From positions 56,485 to 120,484 of the IMG/VR virus record IMGVR_UViG_3300026097_000013: DNA of 64,000 bases. One strand, written 5' to 3'. The notes under the pieces are model-generated. The model made no database searches, had not been told where the DNA came from, and saw only the letters and a program-made list of their open reading frames with translations. A program made the position numbers and the translations under genes. Of this stretch, positions 35,700 to 45,200 are shown piece by piece. This stretch comes from a virus. Every line of letters begins with the position of its first letter. Within the stretch, counting starts at the first letter, position 1.

Positions 35700-36230
35700 T
35701 TATTTGTTTCTGTTAGTTTTGAAAGACGGTTTAGTTGCCGTCTTTTTCTTTGGTGTATTGATATTTTTTTGCAAAGCAGTTAGCAATCTCTTCTTTTCTT
35801 TCATACTAAGCTGGTCAAGCTGACCTTTAACTTGACTATAAACTGTTTTAACTTTTTGATTGTCAACATCATCTTGAGGTTTAGCACCTTTACCTGCCAT
35901 TGCTTCTTTAGACTTATCTAAAAAGATAGTGTTTAGTCTATCTTTGTTCATAGGCTTTGTAGTATCTATGTTTGACGTATCAACATTCTTTCCATCTAGA
36001 AAATCGATAACATCTTGAGTAGTTATATCTTTAGGTGATTTATTTTGAGTGCCAATATAAGTCATAAACTGCTGAGAAAGATTGTTTGCTGTTGCAGCAA
36101 GATTTGTTTTACCACGTAAATTAGCAGCAGTGTCTTTAGCACCAAGAGAACCGAGGGCTTTAGCACCAATCTTCATTGCTGATTTTTTTAATCCACTTAC
36201 AGGTGCTTCTGTTACTTCGTTGATTTTCAT
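35700..36230 (-). CDS. Basic hypothetical late protein, possible internal head protein
   Basis: 176 aa, Lys-rich, starts MKINEVTEA; ATAAATA late promoter at 36254-60 and AAGGA RBS. Confidence 0.5.
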   Translation of the reverse strand: MKINEVTEAPVSGLKKSAMKIGAKALGSLGAKDTAANLRGKTNLAATANNLSQQFMTYIGTQNKSPKDITTQDVIDFLDGKNVDTSNIDTTKPMNKDRLNTIFLDKSKEAMAGKGAKPQDDVDNQKVKTVYSQVKGQLDQLSMKEKKRLLTALQKNINTPKKKTATKPSFKTNRNK

Positions 36231-36269
36231 TTAGATATATCCTTAATACAAAGTATTTATTTTCGAATC

Positions 36270-36800
36270 TATTTAATATCTACTTCGTAGATATTTGTTT
36301 TCGCTAATCGCTCAAACTAAACACTTCGTTTGTTGATAGAAGTAATTAACAAGATATAGATGCATTATGACGAATGTCATAATGTTTAAGTTTCATGTAG
36401 ATCGTTTCAGTCAGACGGAACCTGTTACGGTTCCATCAAACTCGAAAATGTGCTTCATGTGAGTCATGCCACAGCCGAGACTTGGAAGTAGGTAATTTTC
36501 TGCTACACAATGGGCTCTGACCTTTCCCAACCTACGTCGACATCATAATAATATGTTTTTGTAAGCTAACAAGTTAATGTTAGTATACAGAATACATATT
36601 ACTACTACCTCTCGCTTCGTTCCTATTGCTAAAGAGTTTTTATGTGTAATGTGCAGTTTTTCGACAGCCAACATTCCATCTATACCAATCAAACATCCTA
36701 CTACCGGATGCCGCTCAGTATGTTACGTGTGCTCCTATACGGTAGCTTTTTCCACAGCGGTATTTCTAAACTGGCCCGCCAACCTTATGTGTTGGATTGT
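36270..36800 (-). ncRNA. Candidate large structured ncRNA, family unassigned
   Basis: About 530 nt without a credible ORF. Contains many perfect hairpins (36275-95, 36363-84, 36417-34, 36549-601, 36694-710, 36779-95), an 8-bp long-range pair (36355-62 with 36677-84) and a pseudoknot-type pair of helices at 36482-36535. Confidence 0.55.
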
Positions 36801-37234
36801 TTTGCCTGGATGTGATGTTCTAGCAATGCCTGTTTGAGTTTGTCAGACCCGCCTACTCTAACATTGATAATACCATTGTAGTATTCATCTGTTTCAAGTA
36901 CTCTACGATCAAACTGTTCTCGTGCCTCTATGTAGGACATTTCGCCTCTACCTTTACATAGGTATAATATTTCTCTTGTAAACTTGTCTTCGCCTAGTGC
37001 TGCTACATCTGCGTTTAGCCTGTCACTGGATCCCCAGTAAGTGCGCCAATCGCTTTCTTTATAGCCTCGTCTTTTGTTTTTCTTGCCTTTTAGAGGTGGC
37101 TTAGTAGTTTTAAATTTTGCTAGTTTCTTGCCTATGTATTTTTGGCCTGTAGTGGTATTGGTGATAAGATAAACAAAGCCTTCATACTCGTCTGGTATTG
37201 TGTCAATTGTTTCACCTCGGTAAGTCCACTGCAT
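36785..37234 (-). CDS. Minimal GIY-YIG endonuclease (EndoII/Seg-like catalytic domain only)
   Basis: EGFVYLITN..TGQKYIGKK, YWGSS, F.REIL, E..EQF, YYNGII. The start is probably the MQW ATG at 37234. No C-terminal DNA-binding domain. Confidence 0.8.
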   Translation of the reverse strand: MQWTYRGETIDTIPDEYEGFVYLITNTTTGQKYIGKKLAKFKTTKPPLKGKKNKRRGYKESDWRTYWGSSDRLNADVAALGEDKFTREILYLCKGRGEMSYIEAREQFDRRVLETDEYYNGIINVRVGGSDKLKQALLEHHIQAKQSNT

Positions 37235-37255
37235 GAACTTACTTACCAATGCCTA

Positions 37256-37456
37256 TTATTTGCCTTCTTCGTTTTTGGCATGATGATGTTGATATTTTAT
37301 TTCATCGCCTCGTTGTTTTGCTAGTTGCCTAATTAGTCTAATAGATTTTTGTACAGCGTAGTATTTGCGAACACTTTGTTTTTGTTCCCACGCTTCGTGT
37401 GCCTTAAAATATTCTAAATATGCCTGGACCATTAGGTCATGTGTGTCGTCATTCAT
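37256..37456 (-). CDS. Small hypothetical protein
   Basis: 66-aa helical ORF packed between gp46 and the GIY-YIG gene. Confidence 0.5.
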   Translation of the reverse strand: MNDDTHDLMVQAYLEYFKAHEAWEQKQSVRKYYAVQKSIRLIRQLAKQRGDEIKYQHHHAKNEEGK

Positions 37457-37458
37457 AT

Positions 37459-39228
37459 CTATTCAACAAAGTCGATATCATTTGCATAACTAGTAAAGCC
37501 ATTTTCTTTTACAACTTTAAGAACATTATTAACTCTTCCGACTAGTTCATCTTTGTGTGAGATAAGATAGATATTTTTATCTCTTTCTCGAGTCATCTTT
37601 TTAAGAATACCTAGTGAATTTTCTACACCTGCTGTGTCCATACCACTATCAATCAGCTCGTCGATAAACAACAAGTTGATATTTTGATACAAGCTCTCCC
37701 AAACATCACGGAATGCAAAGCTTAGTCCTAAGATAAGTCTGTTACGCTCGCCTCGACTCAAGTTATCAAAGTCTAAGTCTTGTCCTAGCTGAGTGATTTC
37801 AACGTTCAAATCGTTTTGGAACACAACTTGATGAGGCAATCCGATCTTGTCAAGGTAGTATGTAAGTCTGTTGTTAAGGTATGCTAAGTTCTGATCAATA
37901 ATCTTCTTGCGAATGAAACTATCTTTGTTTGTTAGCAACTTTAACAAAAACTCTTGATGTTCTTTGTAGCTTGTAAGTTCATTTACAATGCTCCAATCGA
38001 CTTTTTGGATAGCTGACTCGCTTAATTCTGTAATCTGTGCAGCATACGGATCAGTTTCAACAACTTTATCTTCTAATGTCTTCTTTAGATTGTCTACATT
38101 ACTTCTGTGTTCATATGCTTCTTTAGCATTGTCATAGAATGTTGTAGGCTTGCTGTTGATTTCACCAATTTTTTCAAGTGCTTTCATTACATCAGTAAGT
38201 TTGCCTGCAACTTCTGTTTGATATGCTAGTGCATCAGCAAGTTCTTTGCCCTTACGTTCTGCAATTTCAGCTTTTTTGTCTGCATGCAGTTCTTGACCAC
38301 ATGTGTAACAGGTTGCATCTTCAAGATCTACAATATCTTTCTTTGCTTTGGTTACACTTTTGTCTGCACGTTGTAGAGCAGGCTCAAGTGTGCTTAGTTC
38401 TTTCTTAAGAGCTAGGATAGCATTGTTGTGTTCAGTCCAGTTTGCTAATTTTTCATGTGCATCAAGTTCAGCTTCGATATCTAGTTTTTCTAATTCTTCA
38501 ATAGCATTTGATAAATTTTCTTGGTCTTGTTTATTCTTAGCAATCCAAGCACGTTGAGTACGCTTTAGACCTTCAATACTGCCTTCAATCTTCTCATTAG
38601 CAGTTTGAATAGCGTTAATCTTTAGTGTTTCTTCTGTAATAGCATCTTTGGTCTGACGAACTTGTTCTTTAAGTGTATCGGCTTTCTCTGAAAGGATAGT
38701 AATACCTAACAACTGCTCGATAATTTGTCTTTGATCATTAACACGCATACTTAAGAACGGTTCTGTGTAGGTATTCAGTGCAACGATGTGTTTAAACATG
38801 TCATGACTCATACCTAGCAATGTGTTTACGTCGTCTTGCGTTTGTCTACTGTCGCCTTGTGACTCGTCTACTAGTTTTTCTTGATCATTCATGTAGAATT
38901 TAAAGATATTAGGTGAGCGTCCACGCTCAATACGGTATTCGTTACTATCTTTTTCAAAAGTAAGCGTAACTAACATGCCTTTTGAGTTAGTTTTATTGAT
39001 CAAGTTATTGCGTTTGATGTTTGTAAGTGCTTGACCATATAATGCATAGGACAAAGCGTTGATAATAGTAGTTTTACCTGTTCCGTTGCGTGATCCGCTG
39101 TCATCTCCACCTTGATCTAAGTTCTCACCTAGTACAAGTGTTAGCTGTTCATGGTCAAAGTCTACTGCTTGAGTCTGATTGCCCACACTCATGAAGTTTT
39201 TTACGGTTAAAGCCTTGATCTTAATCAT
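37459..39228 (-). CDS. gp46: Recombination endonuclease ATPase subunit (SbcC/Rad50-like)
   Basis: Walker A NGTGKTT, coiled coil with CYTC zinc hook, LSRGE signature, LLFIDE Walker B, ISH. Confidence 0.95.
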   Translation of the reverse strand: MIKIKALTVKNFMSVGNQTQAVDFDHEQLTLVLGENLDQGGDDSGSRNGTGKTTIINALSYALYGQALTNIKRNNLINKTNSKGMLVTLTFEKDSNEYRIERGRSPNIFKFYMNDQEKLVDESQGDSRQTQDDVNTLLGMSHDMFKHIVALNTYTEPFLSMRVNDQRQIIEQLLGITILSEKADTLKEQVRQTKDAITEETLKINAIQTANEKIEGSIEGLKRTQRAWIAKNKQDQENLSNAIEELEKLDIEAELDAHEKLANWTEHNNAILALKKELSTLEPALQRADKSVTKAKKDIVDLEDATCYTCGQELHADKKAEIAERKGKELADALAYQTEVAGKLTDVMKALEKIGEINSKPTTFYDNAKEAYEHRSNVDNLKKTLEDKVVETDPYAAQITELSESAIQKVDWSIVNELTSYKEHQEFLLKLLTNKDSFIRKKIIDQNLAYLNNRLTYYLDKIGLPHQVVFQNDLNVEITQLGQDLDFDNLSRGERNRLILGLSFAFRDVWESLYQNINLLFIDELIDSGMDTAGVENSLGILKKMTRERDKNIYLISHKDELVGRVNNVLKVVKENGFTSYANDIDFVE

Positions 39229-39229
39229 A

Positions 39230-40246
39230 TTACGATTCTAATCCATTATAAATTTGCAACAACATGCTTTTATCATAGTTGTTAGTGTCTAGTTCTGCAA
39301 TTTCGTTGCTGACAATTTGATCTACACTTTCAAATTGTGCAATATCAAGTTCTGTTGACATCTCTTCAAGATGTTTTTGTGGAATAAGGGTAATTTCACG
39401 ACATTTATACTCTCTTATAAACGTTTCTTTAACAAAACTTGCTTCTTCGTAGCTGATAGGCAAGTCTAGTGTTACTCGCAAGTACATTTTACTTTTTATA
39501 ATAGTATCTGCGTTGTCAATTAGTTCACTTAGTTTAATTGTACGGTACTTAGGACAATCTGGCCAGTTGATATACTCTGGTTCTAGGTTATTTTCTTTAT
39601 CAAGTATCATCATACCGCGATCATCATCGCCTACATCGGCATAATTGTGCGGAAACGCATTACCAATGTAGTGAATAGCACCTTGTTTTTGTCTTTTGTG
39701 GAAGTGTCCACTGAATACATAATCTTGATGCTTAAAGTGTTCAGGTTTTAAGTCACCGTGATCGGGCATACGCACTAGAGCGTTCATATAAAAGCTAGGA
39801 AGTTCAAAGTGTCCAAACAAATACTTTGTTTTGATACTACTCATCTTCTTCCACTCGTCGCCAACCAGCCACGGTACTAGTGCAACGTCATCTTCAATAA
39901 GAATCTCGTCTACAAATGTAATACCTGGAATGTGTTTTGCAAATGCAGTTGAGTTGACGTCACGTTTGTCTTTATAATACAAATCGTGGTTACCATCAAA
40001 GAAATAAAACTTCTCAAACGCTTTGCCTAGCTTCTCCATACTACGAATTGTTGCATCCATAGTAGTTAAGTTTAACGAATTACGATTGTGATGCCAATCG
40101 CCGCAGAAGATTCCGGTTTCGCAACCATGTTCTTTTGCAGTTTCAATATACCAATCAATAAATTCTTCGCAATCTTCGTTATGTACACGACTATTGCCTT
40201 TAAGTCCAAAATGAATGTCTGTAAAGACTGCTGCTTTTTTAAACAA
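39230..40246 (-). CDS. gp47: Recombination endonuclease nuclease subunit (SbcD/Mre11-like)
   Basis: Metallophosphoesterase motifs TDIHFG, GDWHH, GNHD, GHFH, YIGN. Confidence 0.95.
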   Translation of the reverse strand: MFKKAAVFTDIHFGLKGNSRVHNEDCEEFIDWYIETAKEHGCETGIFCGDWHHNRNSLNLTTMDATIRSMEKLGKAFEKFYFFDGNHDLYYKDKRDVNSTAFAKHIPGITFVDEILIEDDVALVPWLVGDEWKKMSSIKTKYLFGHFELPSFYMNALVRMPDHGDLKPEHFKHQDYVFSGHFHKRQKQGAIHYIGNAFPHNYADVGDDDRGMMILDKENNLEPEYINWPDCPKYRTIKLSELIDNADTIIKSKMYLRVTLDLPISYEEASFVKETFIREYKCREITLIPQKHLEEMSTELDIAQFESVDQIVSNEIAELDTNNYDKSMLLQIYNGLES

Positions 40247-40271
40247 ACTGAGTTACTCCATAGTTTGTTAA

Positions 40272-40300
40272 ATTATACGTTAAATCTTAACACCTGTCAA
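40272..40300 (-). promoter_or_regulatory. Perfect sigma70-type promoter for gp47-gp46
   Basis: Minus strand TTGACA (40300-295), 17 nt, TATAAT (40277-72). Confidence 0.8.
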
Positions 40301-40303
40301 CCA

Positions 40304-41146
40304 CTATTTTTTAGAATATGGCGAAATAGTTGCATCCTCATTACGTTTTACACTAGCTTCCCATTCTCCGGCATGTTGTCTAGTATGACTAGGAGATAAG
40401 TCGTTCATTTCTAAGATATCGTCACGAATATTTTGATTGCGTTTTTCTATATTAATAACACGTACAAAACTATTTGTAACGGCTGCGGTGTAGTATGCAA
40501 AAGGATTATTTGACTTAGATTCGTCAAATTGTAGTCCTATTTGTGAAAGTTGCAGGATTGCTTGACCTTTCATCTCGTCATTATAGGTGTATCCACGTAC
40601 ATTACCTCGAGTAGCATAACGATCAACAAGTTTCATCCACATCATAGCAAGTTTGTTAGTTGCCTTTCCGTGATCTTTGGAAAAATGTCCATTTTCCATA
40701 CCGCCTACCCAATGGCTTTTACCTACAAGTTGTAATTCTCCGTCTTCGTCAAATTTGTAGTGTACAAATGGAGGAAAATTTAGTTTTGTTTTTGTATCAG
40801 CAACGGTTTTTGGATTCTTCTTACGACCAGGCTCTTCTGGAATGTGATCAAATGTCATTACACGGAAGATAAGTTCTTCTTTTGTAATTGAAGTGTAAGG
40901 AACTTCACAATCTGCTTGTTTAACTTTCTCTCCAGCTGTTCGTCTTGATTCGTATGCTTCGGTTGAAAGTCGTTTTGCTTTGTTTCTTTTAGCTTCTGCT
41001 ATTGTTAGTCGATTAATTTTGTCTACACTGGGCAAAATAATGTCAAAATGTGCATACTCTGGTGCTACATAGCTATTAAATGTATTTTTTGATCTATGTA
41101 TTTCTGATAGTAAATCTCTATTGTTTAAATAATTTCTTTTTTTCAT
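40304..41146 (-). CDS. gp55: Late transcription sigma factor, gp55 family
   Basis: The start is probably ATG 41146 (GGAG RBS; MKKRNYLNNRDLL). Motifs RGYTYNDEM, FDESKSNNPFAYYT, SFVRVINIEKRNQ. Gene order gp55-gp47-gp46 is as in T4. Confidence 0.85.
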   Translation of the reverse strand: MKKRNYLNNRDLLSEIHRSKNTFNSYVAPEYAHFDIILPSVDKINRLTIAEAKRNKAKRLSTEAYESRRTAGEKVKQADCEVPYTSITKEELIFRVMTFDHIPEEPGRKKNPKTVADTKTKLNFPPFVHYKFDEDGELQLVGKSHWVGGMENGHFSKDHGKATNKLAMMWMKLVDRYATRGNVRGYTYNDEMKGQAILQLSQIGLQFDESKSNNPFAYYTAAVTNSFVRVINIEKRNQNIRDDILEMNDLSPSHTRQHAGEWEASVKRNEDATISPYSKK

Positions 41147-41173
41147 GATCTCTCCGACGGATATGTTACTTAT

Positions 41174-41209
41174 ATAATAATATACATAGTTAATTTTGTC
41201 AACTAAATA
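41174..41209. promoter_or_regulatory. Overlapping divergent promoters: sigma70-type for gp55 and late-type for baseplate operon
   Basis: Minus TTGACA (41202-197), 17 nt, TATTAT (41179-74). Plus CTAAATA at 41203-09 abuts the -35. Confidence 0.6.
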
Positions 41210-41233
41210 TATGTATAGAATATAGGAAAAATT

Positions 41234-41959
41234 ATGAGTGTAGACCTTGGATCTCAAATAAGAATGGCACAAAATGCACTACAAAGCATTAATAGTGGAG
41301 CAAGACCACCTACAGCTGAACGTTCTGTTGCAACCGTTAGTAATGCAACCGCAGATGATGCTTCAATAGACTGGCGTGTTTCATTGTCTGTACCAAATGA
41401 ATTTCAATCTAGTCCTATTTTAACACCTTTTGGAAATACCGACAATAAAATGATATTTCCTTTTAATCCTCAAGTACTTTTAGGGCATACTGCAAACTAT
41501 AATTTGATAGATCCTACTCACAATAATTTTCCTTATCATGCATATCAAAATAGCCAAGTTGATAATATTACACTAACAGGCGAATTTTTTACAGAAAATC
41601 AAGAAGATGCAAAGTATTGGATTGCCTGTGTACATTTTTTAAGAAGTGCAACTAAAATGTTTTATGGTGAAGGCAATGATCCTCAAGGTAATCCTCCTAT
41701 TATTAGTAGATTGAATGGATACGGTAAACATGTTTTAAACAACATTCCGGTTGTAATTACAAACTTTACAACTGATATATCAAATGATGTTGACTACATT
41801 GAATGCGAAGTCGGCAATGGCGAAGTAAATTATGTTCCAACACAAAGTGTTATAACGGTAACCTGCGCACCAAATTATGCTAGACGTCAACAAGCAAGAT
41901 TTAGTCTTAACAAATATGTAAACGGAGAATTTATTGGCGGACCGGAGGGCTTTGTATAA
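41234..41959 (+). CDS. Baseplate tail-tube initiator/cap-like protein (gp48/gp54/P2 gpU-like)
   Basis: MIFPFNPQV, AYQNSQVDNITLTGEF, HFLRSATKMFYG, PPIISRLNGYG, PVVITNFT. Confidence 0.65.
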   Translation: MSVDLGSQIRMAQNALQSINSGARPPTAERSVATVSNATADDASIDWRVSLSVPNEFQSSPILTPFGNTDNKMIFPFNPQVLLGHTANYNLIDPTHNNFPYHAYQNSQVDNITLTGEFFTENQEDAKYWIACVHFLRSATKMFYGEGNDPQGNPPIISRLNGYGKHVLNNIPVVITNFTTDISNDVDYIECEVGNGEVNYVPTQSVITVTCAPNYARRQQARFSLNKYVNGEFIGGPEGFV

Positions 41960-42267
41960 TGGCATTACCTAAATATAAACAGACTAGTGTATATTCAAAT
42001 ACAAAAATAAACAAATCGGGTTATTTAGATTTTTTTAAACCTAATAGTGTACCGATTGCAAGAAACGATGTTAGATATGAAATAACAACTGCTTATACAT
42101 ATAGACCTGATCTGCTCGCACATGACTTATATGGTACTAAAGATCTTTGGTGGGTATTTGCACAACGCAATCCTGAAGTTTTAAAAGATCCTATATTTGA
42201 TTTTGTTGCAGGAACAACAATTTTTCTTCCACAGCGATCTTTAATGCAGGACACAATGGGATTATAA
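41959..42267 (+). CDS. LysM-like baseplate protein (gp53/P2 gpX-like)
   Basis: YTYRPDLLAHDLYGTKDLWWVFA..N....DPIFDF.AG..I.LP. Confidence 0.8.
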   Translation: MALPKYKQTSVYSNTKINKSGYLDFFKPNSVPIARNDVRYEITTAYTYRPDLLAHDLYGTKDLWWVFAQRNPEVLKDPIFDFVAGTTIFLPQRSLMQDTMGL

Positions 42268-45200
42268 ATGTTTAATCTAGGAAATATCAGTAGAACTATT
42301 AACTCAGGATTCAGTCAGTTAAACACTATTACATCAAATGTTAATAGTTTTTCTTCTAATCTAAACACTGCAATAAACAGTAATCTTTCGGGAGTCACTT
42401 CTCAAATTAATCAGTTCACCGGCGGATTAACATCTCAAATTGATCAGTTCACTGGCGGATTAACATCTCAAGTAAACAATCTGACCGGTCAATTTCAAAA
42501 TCAGATCAATTATTTAATTCCTGGATTTAATAATGCATCATTTCCGTTGCCTAGTCCAATCTCTCAATTAAAACAACAATTAAATGGAGTTACACAAGGA
42601 CTAAACAACTCATTAGATCAAGCATTGGGCGGAATTAATGGTCAATTTGATCAAGCTTTTGGTGATATTACTGGTTCATTAACTGGAAAATTAAACGATG
42701 CAATATATAATGTTGATCAACTTACCGGAAGCCTTAATGCAAATCAATTATTACAACCGTTAAATCAAAATCTAGAAAATTTAACCAATCAAATAGATGC
42801 ATTTGGTGATAGTATTACTGATCAAATAGGATCGATATCGGGATCAGTACAACAGGATTTTAATAGTGCATTATCTGGAGCAACAGATAAAATAACCAAT
42901 GTGTTAAATTCTAATATAACTAGTGCTGTTTCTAATATAACTGATCAGCTAGACGCATTTGGCGGTCTTGGATCAGAAATTGAAAATGTATTAGATGCAG
43001 GAATATCAAATGTTGAAGCAACACCTAATAACATTATTAGTGTATTGGGAGGAGATGCGCAAGATATTTTGTCAAGCGCAGGCTCAATAATGTCAACTAC
43101 ACTAGGAACATTTTTTGGAGAAAATGGATTTACAGGGCTAGAACAATTCTTAAATAATCTAGGTAATACAGATATAATTTCAGGCGACGATGCTCTATTT
43201 TCGCAACCAGTAGGAAACGGAAACCAACGTCAAGAAAATCTACTTAGAGAATATAATACTTATAATTATATTATTACTCTTGGTATACTCGGTGTCGACG
43301 AATATAACAATCCTTCTACTTACAGAGAAAGGGGCGGGTTTACTAAAATAATTTTAAAAAGCGGTGGCGGCAGTCTTGACATTAGACAGCAAGTTGCTGA
43401 AGAAGGCAATGATCATGCAGAATATTTTATTGAAGATCTTTTTATAGATAGTGTTATTACTCCTAATTCTAATACAGGTGTTGCGTCCGGAACAACTATA
43501 AGCTTTAAGGTGTTAGAGCCTTATTCAATGGGAAACTTTATACAAGCTATTATTGCTGCTGCGGCTGAAAAAAATTATCAAAACTATGTTGATGCTCCGT
43601 TCTGTCTTAAGATAGAGTTTACCGGATGGAATCAGTATGGTGATACTGCACTTACAAATCGTGTTCCACCTAAATTTATTCCTATTAAATTTACAAAAAT
43701 AGATTTTAATGTTTCTTCCGGCGGGTCTGTTTATCAAGTTGAAGCTGTTCCGATGAGTGAAACAGGACTAGAAGATGGTGTTGCAAATGTAAGAACAACT
43801 ATTAATGTTAATGGAGCCTTTGTTCATGAAATGCTGTTAACATCAAACAATAGTGTAACACAAGCATATAACGATCATATTGCTTCTCTTGAAGACACTG
43901 GGATACTTGCATCTCATGATCGAGTTCTTGTAGTTTTTCCTAAAAACAATAGATCTGTGCTAGAAGCAGTAGAACAGGGTAATGGCCCTACAGACACAGT
44001 AACTGGTGCAGAACAATTAGGAATTGACAGAGGTTCGCAAATACCTAATGCAGACCAAAGTGAAGAACTACAACCAGATGACCCTGATACAATACCGTCT
44101 AATGAATCAACTCCTGAACGAGTAAGACCTAAAGGACAAATATTTACAAGGCTTGAAGGCTGGGCAACTAATACCGAAAATATGAATGAAATTGGTACTA
44201 GTCAGCTAGTTGAAGATCCCAATGCTGCTGGCGATCAAACACAAACTGACCAAGTAGATAGTCACGATGCAACAACTGATGTGCATAACAGAGGAACTGT
44301 TGAAAATAGTGTTAGTGAAACTTCAAGAAGCTTAGACAATGCTCAAAATGAAAATATTTTAAGATTGATCGATCGAGTGGTTTTATCTAGTCAATGGGCT
44401 CGAGAAAAAGTTGATGAAGAAACAGGCCCTACAGGTGTAAGAAATTGGTTTAAAGTTGAGACTAGAGTATTTCTTGAAACTGATCCAGAAGCTGAAATTA
44501 AAAATGGACGTCCGCCTAGATACTATGTTTACGAAGTGTTACCTTATTTTCCTGACGAAGCTAAGTTTTTATCAAACAACGAAAGGCCTAGAGGAACACT
44601 AGCACTAATGGCTGCTGCTCCTAAAGAATACAATTATATCTATACTGGTAAAAATGAAGACATAATTGATTTTGATATAAACTTTAATAATGCATTTATG
44701 CAAACTGCATTTTCTGACTTTGGTACAAATAATGGCGGAATTGCATCAACATTATCAGATAGTGTTAGGTCGCACTTTCAACCCGCAGGTGCAACACGAA
44801 CCAATAGAAATCAAGGCGGAACAAATGAAACTGGTGGAGCAAACTCACTTGCATCAAACGTTAATGCTGAAGGCGGAGCACTTAGATCAGGCGATATTCG
44901 ACAACAAATTGCTCATATGTTCCATCAAAGATTATTACATCAAACCGTAGACATGGTTACTGCTGAAATGAAAATTTGGGGAGATCCTTTTTATATTCCG
45001 CAACTAACAGGAAACTGGGCACCACCACCGTCGAGTAATCCTATGGTAGCACAAGACGGTAGTATGAATTACGGTACTCACGAAATTTTTGTACTATTTA
45101 ACTTTCAAAATCCAGTCGATCAGCAAAAAACTGGACCCTATTATGATTTTCCACAAATTGTAAGAGGTTTTAGTGGATTGTTTAGTGTCAGAGCAGTAGA

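Noticed and set aside
36490-36535. Calling the structured region RNase P RNA
   Set aside because: Only a loose CR-I-like match; the other conserved regions could not be placed by eye. It needs a covariance-model search.
36577-36837. 86-aa plus-strand ORF in the non-coding gap
   Set aside because: Opposite to local transcription, with no RBS and atypical composition; the hairpin density is better explained by RNA structure.
41147-41272. ORF-track N-terminal extensions of gp55 (41272) and the GIY-YIG gene (37249)
   Set aside because: The gp55 extension runs across promoter sequence, and a better start with an RBS lies at 41146. For the GIY-YIG gene, the downstream ATG at 37234 is the more plausible start.
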